From Methanolobus vulcani (GTDB lineage Archaea; Halobacteriota; Methanosarcinia; Methanosarcinales; Methanosarcinaceae): 40,000 bases of DNA. Numbering within the stretch: position 1 is the first letter of the stretch; every line of letters starts with the position of its first letter. The notes under the pieces were generated by a model. It was not told the origin of the DNA and did not search any database. It was given only the letters and a program-made list of their open reading frames with translations. The DNA lies in NCBI RefSeq assembly GCF_006546655.1, contig NZ_VIAQ01000007.1:4465-44464 (forward strand), given 5' to 3'. Made by a program: the position numbers and the translations under genes. Below are positions 19,501-26,921 of this stretch, one piece after another.

Positions 19501-20164
19501 GATTCCTAAAATTTGTGAAATTATACCATGCAAAGAAGCTCTTTCTCTTAAAAAAGATAAAAAGAAAGAATATGATGATTTACTTGGAAGAGCATTTGTT
19601 GATACTATTCTTATTGCAACCGAAAATGAGAATATTTTATGTACTGAAGATAAAGTGCTTCGTTCAATTGCTAAACAAGAATTTAATGTTGATGGGATCT
19701 GGACTCAACCTTTACTCTTACATTTTCTAAATAATGATATCATTGATCGTAACCAATATAACGAATTGACAATTAAATTGGTAAATTTGCATTATTACCA
19801 CACCACTATCAATTCAGAAGTTTTAGTAGAAGCAGCAAGAAAAACAAATTGGAAAATTGAAGATTCTCTTAAGAATTTTTTGAATATTCTTCGCGGAAAA
19901 AACTGTGATGAAGACTCTGCATTAGCTGTGAGTACGCATTTTCTTTCTGCAATTTGGAATGAAAAAATACCTAGAGAAGATTTGTATGTTCTAACTTTGA
20001 ATTTACTAAGTGTTATTGTTCAAGAAAGATTTGCACCATTTATTATCGATAAAATAAAAAATAGAGTTAATATAAACATCCATTTATTTTCTTCAGAAGA
20101 TCGAGAGGAGATCCTTGAATTAATTAGCTTATGGGAAGCTATTTACTATAAATCCATTTTGTAA
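16541..20164 (+). CDS. Giant cargo protein: N-terminal hydrophobic Gly-rich helix, coiled coil, long TPR array, GreA/B C-terminal-like domain, C-terminal PIN-like nuclease domain
   Basis: ATG at 16541. TPR-like repeats run through most of the length. The GreA/B-C-like block lies at about 18674-18900: VVILEEDAGKQVTYILDDRSDVDFQKGEIGLESPLAKLIFGKTKGDKITHK. The PIN-like block lies at about 19240-19700, with KIVVDPLSL (Asp1), LLHETL (Glu), and AFVDTILIATENENILCTEDKVL (Asp3 plus the T-x-D motif). Confidence 0.7.
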   Translation: MADNDEFNVSTDNEDRAQFVTTALSSVPFVGGLISASANYVIKKRQDKRLSEALNKFITNNIEKKVEDSDSKYLSLHNDYLSLQDDFRSFEDNFDELKAGIKSIESQNFESEYQYLLESLRENVKENNPTEALKRLGNLKSKIWDKSPSNIRYALLSIEASANLKLNRYQDAGKLLIEAFQYSSIEKAMVNAAYGYFLLNDYLNSKKLVEEVLENNPTNARAFSILIQMFTTEEELDAIPDYLKETQDVAYAIGNFFLKINKFEEAIKWLEIAIVNEKETIIEMRPLLASILLDMILSDSEKIQEFQLNEKDKNTLKKVIDLITTSWNSISDPNLQKIHVDWIVNRCIAKHLLGNQDGFKDDINDAFKFDPSDSRIIYFKALMVLEHNEIEKAISLLKDIDFDKTIPEVPLLYFDLLRKQGKFADAITEINDFLEQNEDFQKIDFLYRILIYTYLDSDVESENCVEKAIDLADSRVKADPTNIENIIDLSQCLAKSGQIDSSKSHLINAKNIISDFTPTIHLMELADVFFRLNLFDDASEIYQKFVDSTQVTDLTHKLVESYYRCGDIGKALEISKSLREEFGIIDHITNIEIAIYHDIDDLSEAKKVLTEYISKYPDDMDMKLNLAYLNLRCNNLGDVENFLNTSFDIKSLSIENGIRLALLFNERGYFKEAIDILYEIRRYNFENENVHVAYIKLILFNEKEERENWLSPEKVDANTVVILEEDAGKQVTYILDDRSDVDFQKGEIGLESPLAKLIFGKTKGDKITHKTSLSQEILEVKDIKSKYIHAFQESLDKFNYLFPDTQALTKISFPKIEEEGIPQDFLKTITDVVVLRTENNSKAIELYLDKKLPIGTLATIIGQTIFDVWFEFTKNEDLGIYCSIGNSQEINEALNNLENSSKIVVDPLSLITVFTLNIGDLIVDSFGKLGIAQSTIDLLHETLIEQKKIYSRVHGFLVNDDKNLIFKETDSKDVEEKINVYEQMLNWIPKICEIIPCKEALSLKKDKKKEYDDLLGRAFVDTILIATENENILCTEDKVLRSIAKQEFNVDGIWTQPLLLHFLNNDIIDRNQYNELTIKLVNLHYYHTTINSEVLVEAARKTNWKIEDSLKNFLNILRGKNCDEDSALAVSTHFLSAIWNEKIPREDLYVLTLNLLSVIVQERFAPFIIDKIKNRVNINIHLFSSEDREEILELISLWEAIYYKSIL

Positions 20165-20244
20165 TATTACTCATATATATTTAGAACTTAAATCATTGAA
20201 TTAACTTGCTAAAATAAAAGCGATCTCTTCCTTTAAAAATATTT

Positions 20245-22878
20245 TTAAGTAATTATTGATGCAATTCTTTTAATAGCTGGTGTATTAAGATTGATATCCT
20301 TATTCACCAGAATCCTATCCTTTATCCTCTTGAAAGTACCTCGATCTACTCCCCATTCTTCAACTTGTGATTGAGACAATTCAAGTATCTTTCTCATAAT
20401 ACATCCCTTGTAAATGAATACCTGTGAACGCTTAACATCTAGGGCCTGTTCATCAATGTTGTTGGCTTCCTTGCCAATGTAAACAACTCCATCAGCGTGA
20501 ACATGCTTTCTCTCAAGAACCCCAGTATTTCCATCGAACTTATGCTCAAGGTGTTCAGCATATTGCATTATTGTCTTGCTCAATGGCTTGAAATAACGAG
20601 ATCCTTCTTTGATTTCCCCTGTCTCATAATCAATGAATGGCTCATACACAGTCTTCTGAGAATCTGTAGAAAAAGGCATCAAAGGTTTTACTGCCTTCCC
20701 GTTTTCTTCAAGTGCCTGGAATCCTACAAGATAGAAATTGAAAGGCTTGATCTGGTCATTCCATTCCTTACCTGCATTGAATCCCTTGAACCTTCTCAGA
20801 ACATTTGGAGTTGAAACAGTTAGTCTTGAGATTGCATACAAACCTGAATATTTCTCTTCAATATCAATTCCTGAGATTATTCCATAATTCAATTTGAGAA
20901 GATCTTCCCATATCTCAGCCTGCCAATCATCAACAGTTTTTGGGAATGGATTTGTTAAATGCCCAAGTCCATGTAACTTGAAAGACCTCTCACCTTCCAT
21001 AAACTTGATTGTACCATTCTCATAAGTATAAAGGGCATATCGCTTAGAGGAAATGCCATAGAACCACATGTCTTCTTTTTCAGCCTTCAACAGATCAATA
21101 TCAAGGTTGTATGGGTTAAGAGGCTGGAAATAGTTTATGATCTCCTGGGCATGTTCAGGAGGAACAAAGATGGAATCAGTATCCATATATGCATGAACTG
21201 AACCCAACTCTTTTACTTTGGCTTCTGCCATTGCTAAGAATAACTTTGACCCTGCTGTAATCATGACAGCAAGCAAAGGATGGAAGTAATTGCCTGCTTT
21301 CTCAAACCTGTTCTCAGAGGTATTGAAGTCATCCAAACCATAAACCTGAATATCGCTTTTCTTATCCTCTGGATTAAGTTCAATGAAAATACCATAGCTT
21401 GTGGCATTAACAAGTATTTTGATAGCCTGTGCTCTGCTTTTCTCTTGTTGTTTGATTTTTTGCCTTTCCTGAACAAGTACCTGAACCAGATTGTCCTTTG
21501 AAGGATCAATATCAATTCCAAGTATCTGACTAGTCCTTAATCCCTTCTGAACACCCTTTGGAATATACTTGATAGCTTCAACGATCTTTGGAACTTTGCC
21601 TGTAAGAATAACTGAAGCTATAACATCAGGAAGAGCATACCACAATTCAGAATCAGAACTTAGATAATTAACCCCAACGTTATAGCCTGCTCCAGAGCCT
21701 TTGTAATCCATCCTTACAGGCAATATGTCATTGTCAGGTACAATCTTAACCATTACAACAAAATCTTTCCAGTTATCTTTATTTTGAAGATAATCAAGAT
21801 CCACTTTTGAGAGCATGTCCTTAATCTCATTAGTAACAACCTTCATCTCAAGGGATTCAGCAATCATGAACTTCCAGAGATCCATCATCATTGTAACGGT
21901 TGGATACATGCTTGTAAAATCAAGAACTGTGACCTTTGTTGGTTGTTTTCTAATCTTACATTCACACCTTCCACCATAATAAGAGGTCATGATGTTTCCG
22001 ATCATCTCTGAAGGAAATTCAGGATTTAGATCTAAAAACGATTGAATGCCCAGTTGTTTTAGAGCATGTTTTCCTATTGAAGCAGAACTGAAGATTCTGG
22101 TTGGTGGGATGTTTATTTGATAACGATCCAACTCATCAATGAGCTTTTCATAGACATGATATGTTGTTTCAACATCTTGAATTAGATAATCAATATATCT
22201 CTTGGTTACTTTACCATGTTCAATTCCCTTCATCTTTTTGATGGGAGTATTGAGCTTCTCACCTGCTTTTTCAAGTGAGATATGTTTTGATTGAAGAAGC
22301 ACCTCAGCCAGCTTTTGAGCATCAAGATAATATCCTGAAAAATACTCTTCACCTTTGTTCTCTTTGGTTGTTGTCAACTTGAAAGTATAGGCATCTCCCA
22401 TCTTTTTAACAATGATAGGAGGATTTAATTTGTTCTCTGAAAGAGTAAAAGTAAAACCACCTTTGTTTCTTCCTCTTGATTCTCCAACTCTTTTCGAGAT
22501 CTTACTGGTGTCAAAAGGCAGATTGAAACCAATACAAAGAGCATGCCTCCTAAATATTTCTGTGTAAAAAACATTATCTATAAACTCATCCAAAAGGTAA
22601 AGGGGAATTTCATTCATTCTTGCATAAGCTGAAAAAGCATTTTTCTCATTTTCAGTTAGCATTGAAGGATCATAGAACAATCCTTCATGCTGAATGTAGC
22701 CTTCCTTGTATATCTGAAAGAAGCCAATCTTGAAATTCTGATATTGATCTATTGTTGTTTCTGTATCAAATACCAAAACCCTATCATGCCTTAATGGGTC
22801 TTCTCTTGGTCTAAAGAAAGGATTGCCTGAAGATACCTTGACCTTCAGAGTATATCCCCTTACTGCAATGTTAGACAT
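20245..22878 (-). CDS. polB: Family B DNA polymerase of the protein-primed type, with a C-terminal HTH tail
   Basis: 877 aa. Exo I VLVFDTETT, Exo II GFNLPFD, Exo III YLIQDVETT, Pol A LDFTSMYPT, Pol B KILVNATSYG, Pol C YMDTDSI and KxY SKRYALY. The extra C-terminal ~50 aa read GVDRGTFKRIKDRILVNKDINLNTPAIKRI. Confidence 0.9.
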   Translation of the reverse strand: MSNIAVRGYTLKVKVSSGNPFFRPREDPLRHDRVLVFDTETTIDQYQNFKIGFFQIYKEGYIQHEGLFYDPSMLTENEKNAFSAYARMNEIPLYLLDEFIDNVFYTEIFRRHALCIGFNLPFDTSKISKRVGESRGRNKGGFTFTLSENKLNPPIIVKKMGDAYTFKLTTTKENKGEEYFSGYYLDAQKLAEVLLQSKHISLEKAGEKLNTPIKKMKGIEHGKVTKRYIDYLIQDVETTYHVYEKLIDELDRYQINIPPTRIFSSASIGKHALKQLGIQSFLDLNPEFPSEMIGNIMTSYYGGRCECKIRKQPTKVTVLDFTSMYPTVTMMMDLWKFMIAESLEMKVVTNEIKDMLSKVDLDYLQNKDNWKDFVVMVKIVPDNDILPVRMDYKGSGAGYNVGVNYLSSDSELWYALPDVIASVILTGKVPKIVEAIKYIPKGVQKGLRTSQILGIDIDPSKDNLVQVLVQERQKIKQQEKSRAQAIKILVNATSYGIFIELNPEDKKSDIQVYGLDDFNTSENRFEKAGNYFHPLLAVMITAGSKLFLAMAEAKVKELGSVHAYMDTDSIFVPPEHAQEIINYFQPLNPYNLDIDLLKAEKEDMWFYGISSKRYALYTYENGTIKFMEGERSFKLHGLGHLTNPFPKTVDDWQAEIWEDLLKLNYGIISGIDIEEKYSGLYAISRLTVSTPNVLRRFKGFNAGKEWNDQIKPFNFYLVGFQALEENGKAVKPLMPFSTDSQKTVYEPFIDYETGEIKEGSRYFKPLSKTIMQYAEHLEHKFDGNTGVLERKHVHADGVVYIGKEANNIDEQALDVKRSQVFIYKGCIMRKILELSQSQVEEWGVDRGTFKRIKDRILVNKDINLNTPAIKRIASIIT

Positions 22879-23212
22879 TTGTAGGCATCTCCATTACAAT
22901 ATCATCTAATCGATCTACAAGTTCTCTCAGTAGGGCTAAGAGTGAAATTGCATTAACCACCTTTTTATTTTCTTCAGATGCATCTTTGGATCTTACTTTA
23001 GGACTAAGCCTGTTCTGTTTTGCTGTAACCTTTGAATGACAGTTCATACAGAGTGGCTTGACCACATCTGAATTATTTCTGCCATCTACATGATGCATCT
23101 CAATAACTTTCTCATCGTCTTCTCCACATACAGCACATGCCATAGGTGGCTTCTTTCCTTTCTTATATCTGTTAATACTCTTACTGTAAGCTTCTTTATC
23201 CATAGTATCCAC
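22871..23212 (-). CDS. HNH endonuclease
   Basis: 113 aa. CAVCGEDDEKVIEMHHVDGRNNSDVVKPLCMNCHSKV gives CxxC...HH...N...CxxCH. It overlaps the polB start by 8 nt. Confidence 0.8.
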   Translation of the reverse strand: MDTMDKEAYSKSINRYKKGKKPPMACAVCGEDDEKVIEMHHVDGRNNSDVVKPLCMNCHSKVTAKQNRLSPKVRSKDASEENKKVVNAISLLALLRELVDRLDDIVMEMPTNV

Positions 23213-23215
23213 TCC

Positions 23216-23857
23216 TCAACTTTGATAAATATCCAAATATTCGGGTTCTTCCTGAGCCTCATTTATTTCATAAAGGCGTTCAAGATCTGTTACAAAGAAA
23301 TGTTTTGTACCATTTACATCGGTGATATGTATATCAATAAATCTTTTCAATAAACTTGAATCGCCGGTCTTTAAAGCTCTGTTAATTGCATTGAAATATA
23401 AACCAATTAGAGTTCTATCCTTTGAATTTGTGGTTACGATTGAAATTTGACCTGCATCTTTCTCATAGATGAGCATTTCAACTTCAATTCTATCTGTTGT
23501 GGTTACTTTCCATTTTCCTTTGGATTTATAGAGATATTTTCCAAGATTTCTGATTATGTCTTTCTTGTTAATTCCAGTCTTTTCAACAGCTTTGGAATAT
23601 GGTACCCCTTTCCTCATAAGCCTGAGAATTTGAAGGCTTAGTTTTCTATCCCGCTTTTGTTGTGAACTTAAACCGTTCCAAGAGCTTGTGCTTAAGTCAT
23701 GATCCTTAAGCCTGGTATTTCTCAGTTCGTTCAAGCTTAGGGTTGGAAATCTTTCATGGAATCGGATTATCCTTCTAGCATACTCAGAGCTTCTTGGTTC
23801 AGCCTTGAGCCATTCTCCATAAGTCTTGTATTCCTTTGAGAAGCGCTTGAGTGTCAT
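23216..23857 (-). CDS. Casposon protein of unknown function with a central HTH-like segment
   Basis: 213-aa ORF packed tightly between the RHH gene (ATGA overlap) and the HNH gene (3-nt gap). LRLMRKGVPYSKAVEKTGINKKDIIRNL looks like an HTH. Confidence 0.6.
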   Translation of the reverse strand: MTLKRFSKEYKTYGEWLKAEPRSSEYARRIIRFHERFPTLSLNELRNTRLKDHDLSTSSWNGLSSQQKRDRKLSLQILRLMRKGVPYSKAVEKTGINKKDIIRNLGKYLYKSKGKWKVTTTDRIEVEMLIYEKDAGQISIVTTNSKDRTLIGLYFNAINRALKTGDSSLLKRFIDIHITDVNGTKHFFVTDLERLYEINEAQEEPEYLDIYQS

Positions 23858-23994
23858 TTCTCAGCCTCCATGAGCCTGATGAATGCAATTCTCAACACTT
23901 CAGCCTGAGAACATCCGTATTCTTTCGCTTTCTGTACCAACTTACCCTTTAGATAAGGGGAAAGTGTAACCAATATTCTGGTATTCGACTTCAT
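23854..23994 (-). CDS. Ribbon-helix-helix (CopG/Arc-like) protein, 46 aa, below the ORF-track cutoff
   Basis: Hand translation gives MKSNTRILVTLSPYLKGKLVQKAKEYGCSQAEVLRIAFIRLMEAEK. This has a beta-strand then two helices, with the typical S/T-x-x-E-h-h-R pattern. Its stop overlaps the next ATG (ATGA at 23854-23857). Confidence 0.6.
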   Translation of the reverse strand: MKSNTRILVTLSPYLKGKLVQKAKEYGCSQAEVLRIAFIRLMEAEK

Positions 23995-24088
23995 ACAATA
24001 ATCAACATCATAGGAAAGAATATATACAGATTTGAAGTATAGTTTAATGTATAATTTGATATATTTGCCTAATAAGATTGGTGTATTA
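23995..24088. promoter_or_regulatory. Divergent promoter region between the replication module (minus strand) and the integration module (plus strand) of the casposon
   Basis: A 94-bp AT-rich spacer with several TATA-like strings (atatatacag, tttaatgtataatttgatatattt) lies between divergently oriented first genes. Confidence 0.3.
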
Positions 24089-24337
24089 ATGATTAAGAAT
24101 GAAGTAGATTTTAAGGTAAATACTGAAAATTACTTACACGAAAGTGGGCCTGTTAGGCGGGAGACTTTGATAAATCATCTAATAGAATCCAATGGCTATA
24201 GCAGATCTAGTATTGAAAGAAAGTTAACTAATCTAAAAAAGCAAGGGATTATTGTAACCTTGAAGACAACTGAAGATTTTGCTAGATTTGGTATAAAAGA
24301 AGAAGATAAGAGATCTGCATATAATCACAAGAGATAG
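24089..24337 (+). CDS. Winged-helix DNA-binding protein
   Basis: The in-frame ATG at 24089 lies inside ORF 24032-24337. GPVRRETLINHLIESNGYSRSSIERKLTNLKKQGIIVTLK is a typical wHTH with its wing. Confidence 0.55.
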   Translation: MIKNEVDFKVNTENYLHESGPVRRETLINHLIESNGYSRSSIERKLTNLKKQGIIVTLKTTEDFARFGIKEEDKRSAYNHKR

Positions 24338-24446
24338 TTTTGAAAGAAAAAGGCATATTGACAAGGTTTTTGAATACCTAGAAAATGGAGATGACATAGA
24401 CATAGAAACTGCGTTAACAGAAATCAGAAGATATGAAGAACGCTAT

Positions 24447-24986
24447 GTGATGGATTCAAAACAACTTGACAATTTAGTTACTATACTTTATGATAAATCC
24501 AATGTTAGAATTATAGATAATATTTTGAGTATTCTCTACAAACATATTATTGTAAAAGAAATACTCCCTTCTGATAAAGATAATTTACTGAAAGTTCTGA
24601 AAAAACTCCTATACAAATTCCCAGAAGCTCATCCAAATTATTCAATGATTAGGAGGCATATTCTTCGACTTCTTGGATATTATGAGGATTATGCTGTCGT
24701 TGAGCAATTAATCAAAGATACTGAAAATGGTAGATTACCACAATTCAAAAACGATTATTTGACTAATTTTACAACAAATATTATTGAAGTAGGCAGAATT
24801 GAACTATTCGAACTTGAAGTAAAGGTGAGAAAATCAGGTGATGAAAAGACAGCTGAAAGTTTGAATGAGATCAGGAATTACGCTATAGAAAATTTAAATG
24901 AATCTGGAATAAAAAACCCATTAGAAGCTATTAAGGGTGGAAATCTAAATATTCAATTTAGTGGAATCAAGGGGATCAAAAAATGA
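24447..24986 (+). CDS. Alpha-helical protein of unknown function, translationally coupled to cas1
   Basis: 179-aa ORF. Its stop overlaps the cas1 ATG (ATGA at 24983-24986). The reading frame is also open for 50 codons upstream, with no canonical ATG/GTG/TTG start there (see findings). Confidence 0.55.
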   Translation: MMDSKQLDNLVTILYDKSNVRIIDNILSILYKHIIVKEILPSDKDNLLKVLKKLLYKFPEAHPNYSMIRRHILRLLGYYEDYAVVEQLIKDTENGRLPQFKNDYLTNFTTNIIEVGRIELFELEVKVRKSGDEKTAESLNEIRNYAIENLNESGIKNPLEAIKGGNLNIQFSGIKGIKK

Positions 24987-26185
24987 AATTCCTTCTTCTA
25001 AACGGTCATGGAATCGACATGCGAGTAAATGGGGCTAAACTACACATTAAGGATGGAAGATTCTCAACAACTGATGAACCAGAGGAATATGTATTCTCTC
25101 CAAAGAGGATGGATGTTGATAGCATCATTATCTATGGTAAAAATGGAAATCTTACACTTGATGCCATCCGATGGCTCATTAAACATAATGTACAGATATC
25201 AATTCTCAATTGGGATGGAAAGTTATTGACAACAATGCTCCCTCCTGATAGCACTAATGTAAAAACGAAATTTGCACAATACCATGCATATGAGACTCAA
25301 GAGAATAGAATAAAGATAGCAAGGGCCCTAGTTGAGGCTAAAGTTGATAAATCAACTGTTGTGCTTGAGTACCTAAATCAACGTTATTCTACTGTTGATT
25401 TTGATTTATCAACGGATGTTGATAAGCTAAAGAAGGTCAACTCAATAGTTGAAATAATGGGTGTTGAAGGCGGTATTGCTTACAAATACTGGCATGAGTT
25501 CTCAAAGGTCATTCCTGAGAAGTATGATTTTGAATCTAGAATCGATTCGAGTCGGAGGGCCACAGGGGCAGGGGATATGGTAAATGCTATGCTAAACTAT
25601 GGTTATGCTTTGCTAGAAGCGGAATGTCTTAGGGCTATCAATGCTGTTGGCTTAGATCCTCATGTTGGTTTTTTACATGAAATGAATACTGGAAAGAACA
25701 GCTTGGCTTACGACCTGCAAGAACCATTTAGATTCCTTGTTGATCTAGCGGTTATCAACCTTGTTGAGTCTGAGAGAATGGAAAAGAAGGATTTCATCAG
25801 GACAGAGAATTATTCGCTCAAACTTAGACCTAGTGGAGCTAAGAAGCTAACTAAAGAGCTCAATCTATGGTTCAACAAGAGAGTTAGTTACAAAGGAAAT
25901 ATGACTATGTGGAGTTATGTTCTGTTCCTGAAAACTAGAGAATTGGCTCAGTATTTAGTTGGTAAACGTCAGAATGTTGATTTCATAAAACCACGATATG
26001 AGGCTAAACGACAGGACTCAAACGACATACGACAGAAGATATTGAGTATTTCTTATTCCGATTGGAAAAAGCTAGGTTTCTCTAAAGGTACGTTGCATTA
26101 TATGAAGAAAAATGCTAAGGCAGATAAGCCTTTTACTTTGAATGCTCATGTTAGGGAAAGGTTGGAATTATGGGAAGGATGTTAA
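24983..26185 (+). CDS. cas1: Casposase (Cas1-family integrase with a C-terminal HTH)
   Basis: 400 aa. The Cas1 catalytic-region motifs are GVEGGIAYKYW (Glu), DPHVGFLHE (His) and LAYDLQEPFRFLVD (acidic). The C-terminal extension is ISYSDWKKLGFSKGTLHYMKKNAKADKPFTLNAHVRERL. Confidence 0.9.
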   Translation: MKFLLLNGHGIDMRVNGAKLHIKDGRFSTTDEPEEYVFSPKRMDVDSIIIYGKNGNLTLDAIRWLIKHNVQISILNWDGKLLTTMLPPDSTNVKTKFAQYHAYETQENRIKIARALVEAKVDKSTVVLEYLNQRYSTVDFDLSTDVDKLKKVNSIVEIMGVEGGIAYKYWHEFSKVIPEKYDFESRIDSSRRATGAGDMVNAMLNYGYALLEAECLRAINAVGLDPHVGFLHEMNTGKNSLAYDLQEPFRFLVDLAVINLVESERMEKKDFIRTENYSLKLRPSGAKKLTKELNLWFNKRVSYKGNMTMWSYVLFLKTRELAQYLVGKRQNVDFIKPRYEAKRQDSNDIRQKILSISYSDWKKLGFSKGTLHYMKKNAKADKPFTLNAHVRERLELWEGC

Positions 26186-26203
26186 TATTAAAAAATAATA
26201 CTA

Positions 26204-26701
26204 ATGTATATGAGATTCAAAGAAGAATATTTCTTTTGTAGTCCTAAGTTGCTTAGAAACATCCCAGAAGTAAATGAAATCTTTGAATGCATAAAAGCTG
26301 TTAAATGGCAACCCGAGTTTAAGCTGGAAGACAAAAATCACCAATCTGCTTATAACAAAGCTTTTGAACAGGAATTTTCTAATTATCTTTGGTCTAATAA
26401 ACCATTACTTAATGACAATCCAAAATTGATTGGAGACTTTCAGAAAAACGATGTTTTTGTTGAAATTCAGTTTGGAAATAGTGCTACTATTTATCGTGAT
26501 TACTATAAATTCCATTATGGGCTAGCAAATAAACTACTATCTTTAGCAGTATTGATTGTTCCAACAAACCCAAAAAAGTTTTTTCCAACTCGAAAATCAA
26601 GTGTCAGTAACATGGCAGAATTTGATTTTGCTTACAAATACTTCAATTTACTTCCAATTCCTGTTCCTATATTATTGATAGGATTACTGCCTGAAAATTG
26701 A
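26204..26701 (+). CDS. BglII-like restriction-endonuclease-fold protein with no partner methyltransferase
   Basis: 165 aa. GDFQKNDVFVEIQFGN gives D-x8-E-x-Q, the spacing I remember for the BglII active site (Asp84, Glu93, Gln95). Confidence 0.45.
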   Translation: MYMRFKEEYFFCSPKLLRNIPEVNEIFECIKAVKWQPEFKLEDKNHQSAYNKAFEQEFSNYLWSNKPLLNDNPKLIGDFQKNDVFVEIQFGNSATIYRDYYKFHYGLANKLLSLAVLIVPTNPKKFFPTRKSSVSNMAEFDFAYKYFNLLPIPVPILLIGLLPEN

Positions 26702-26714
26702 TAACATTCTCCAA

Positions 26715-26885
26715 ATGTCACAAAAAGAAGCGGAAGCTCTAGGAGTTTCAAGGAGCAGGTTTCAGGGAATCAAGCAAAGAATAAGGGAAAATAGAGATAT
26801 CAACTTGAATACTCCGGCAGTGAGGAGGTTGGTAGAGTATATTTATCCATTAATTGAAGTGGGGTTTAATTGCGTTAATTTGTAG
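26715..26885 (+). CDS. Stand-alone 56-aa HTH protein, paralogous to the PolB C-terminal tail
   Basis: Hand translation gives MSQKEAEALGVSRSRFQGIKQRIRENRDINLNTPAVRRLVEYIYPLIEVGFNCVNL. Compare the PolB tail SQSQVEEWGVDRGTFKRIKDRILVNKDINLNTPAIKRIASII. Confidence 0.5.
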   Translation: MSQKEAEALGVSRSRFQGIKQRIRENRDINLNTPAVRRLVEYIYPLIEVGFNCVNL

Positions 26886-26921
26886 GTATAAAAAAGGAAA
26901 TAGAAACAATATATACTTTCT

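Noticed and set aside
24983-26185. Cas1 gene as part of a CRISPR-Cas adaptation module
   Set aside because: There is no cas2 or any other cas gene, and no array of short direct repeats anywhere in the 40 kb. The gene has a C-terminal HTH and sits between TIRs with a PolB, which fits a casposase.
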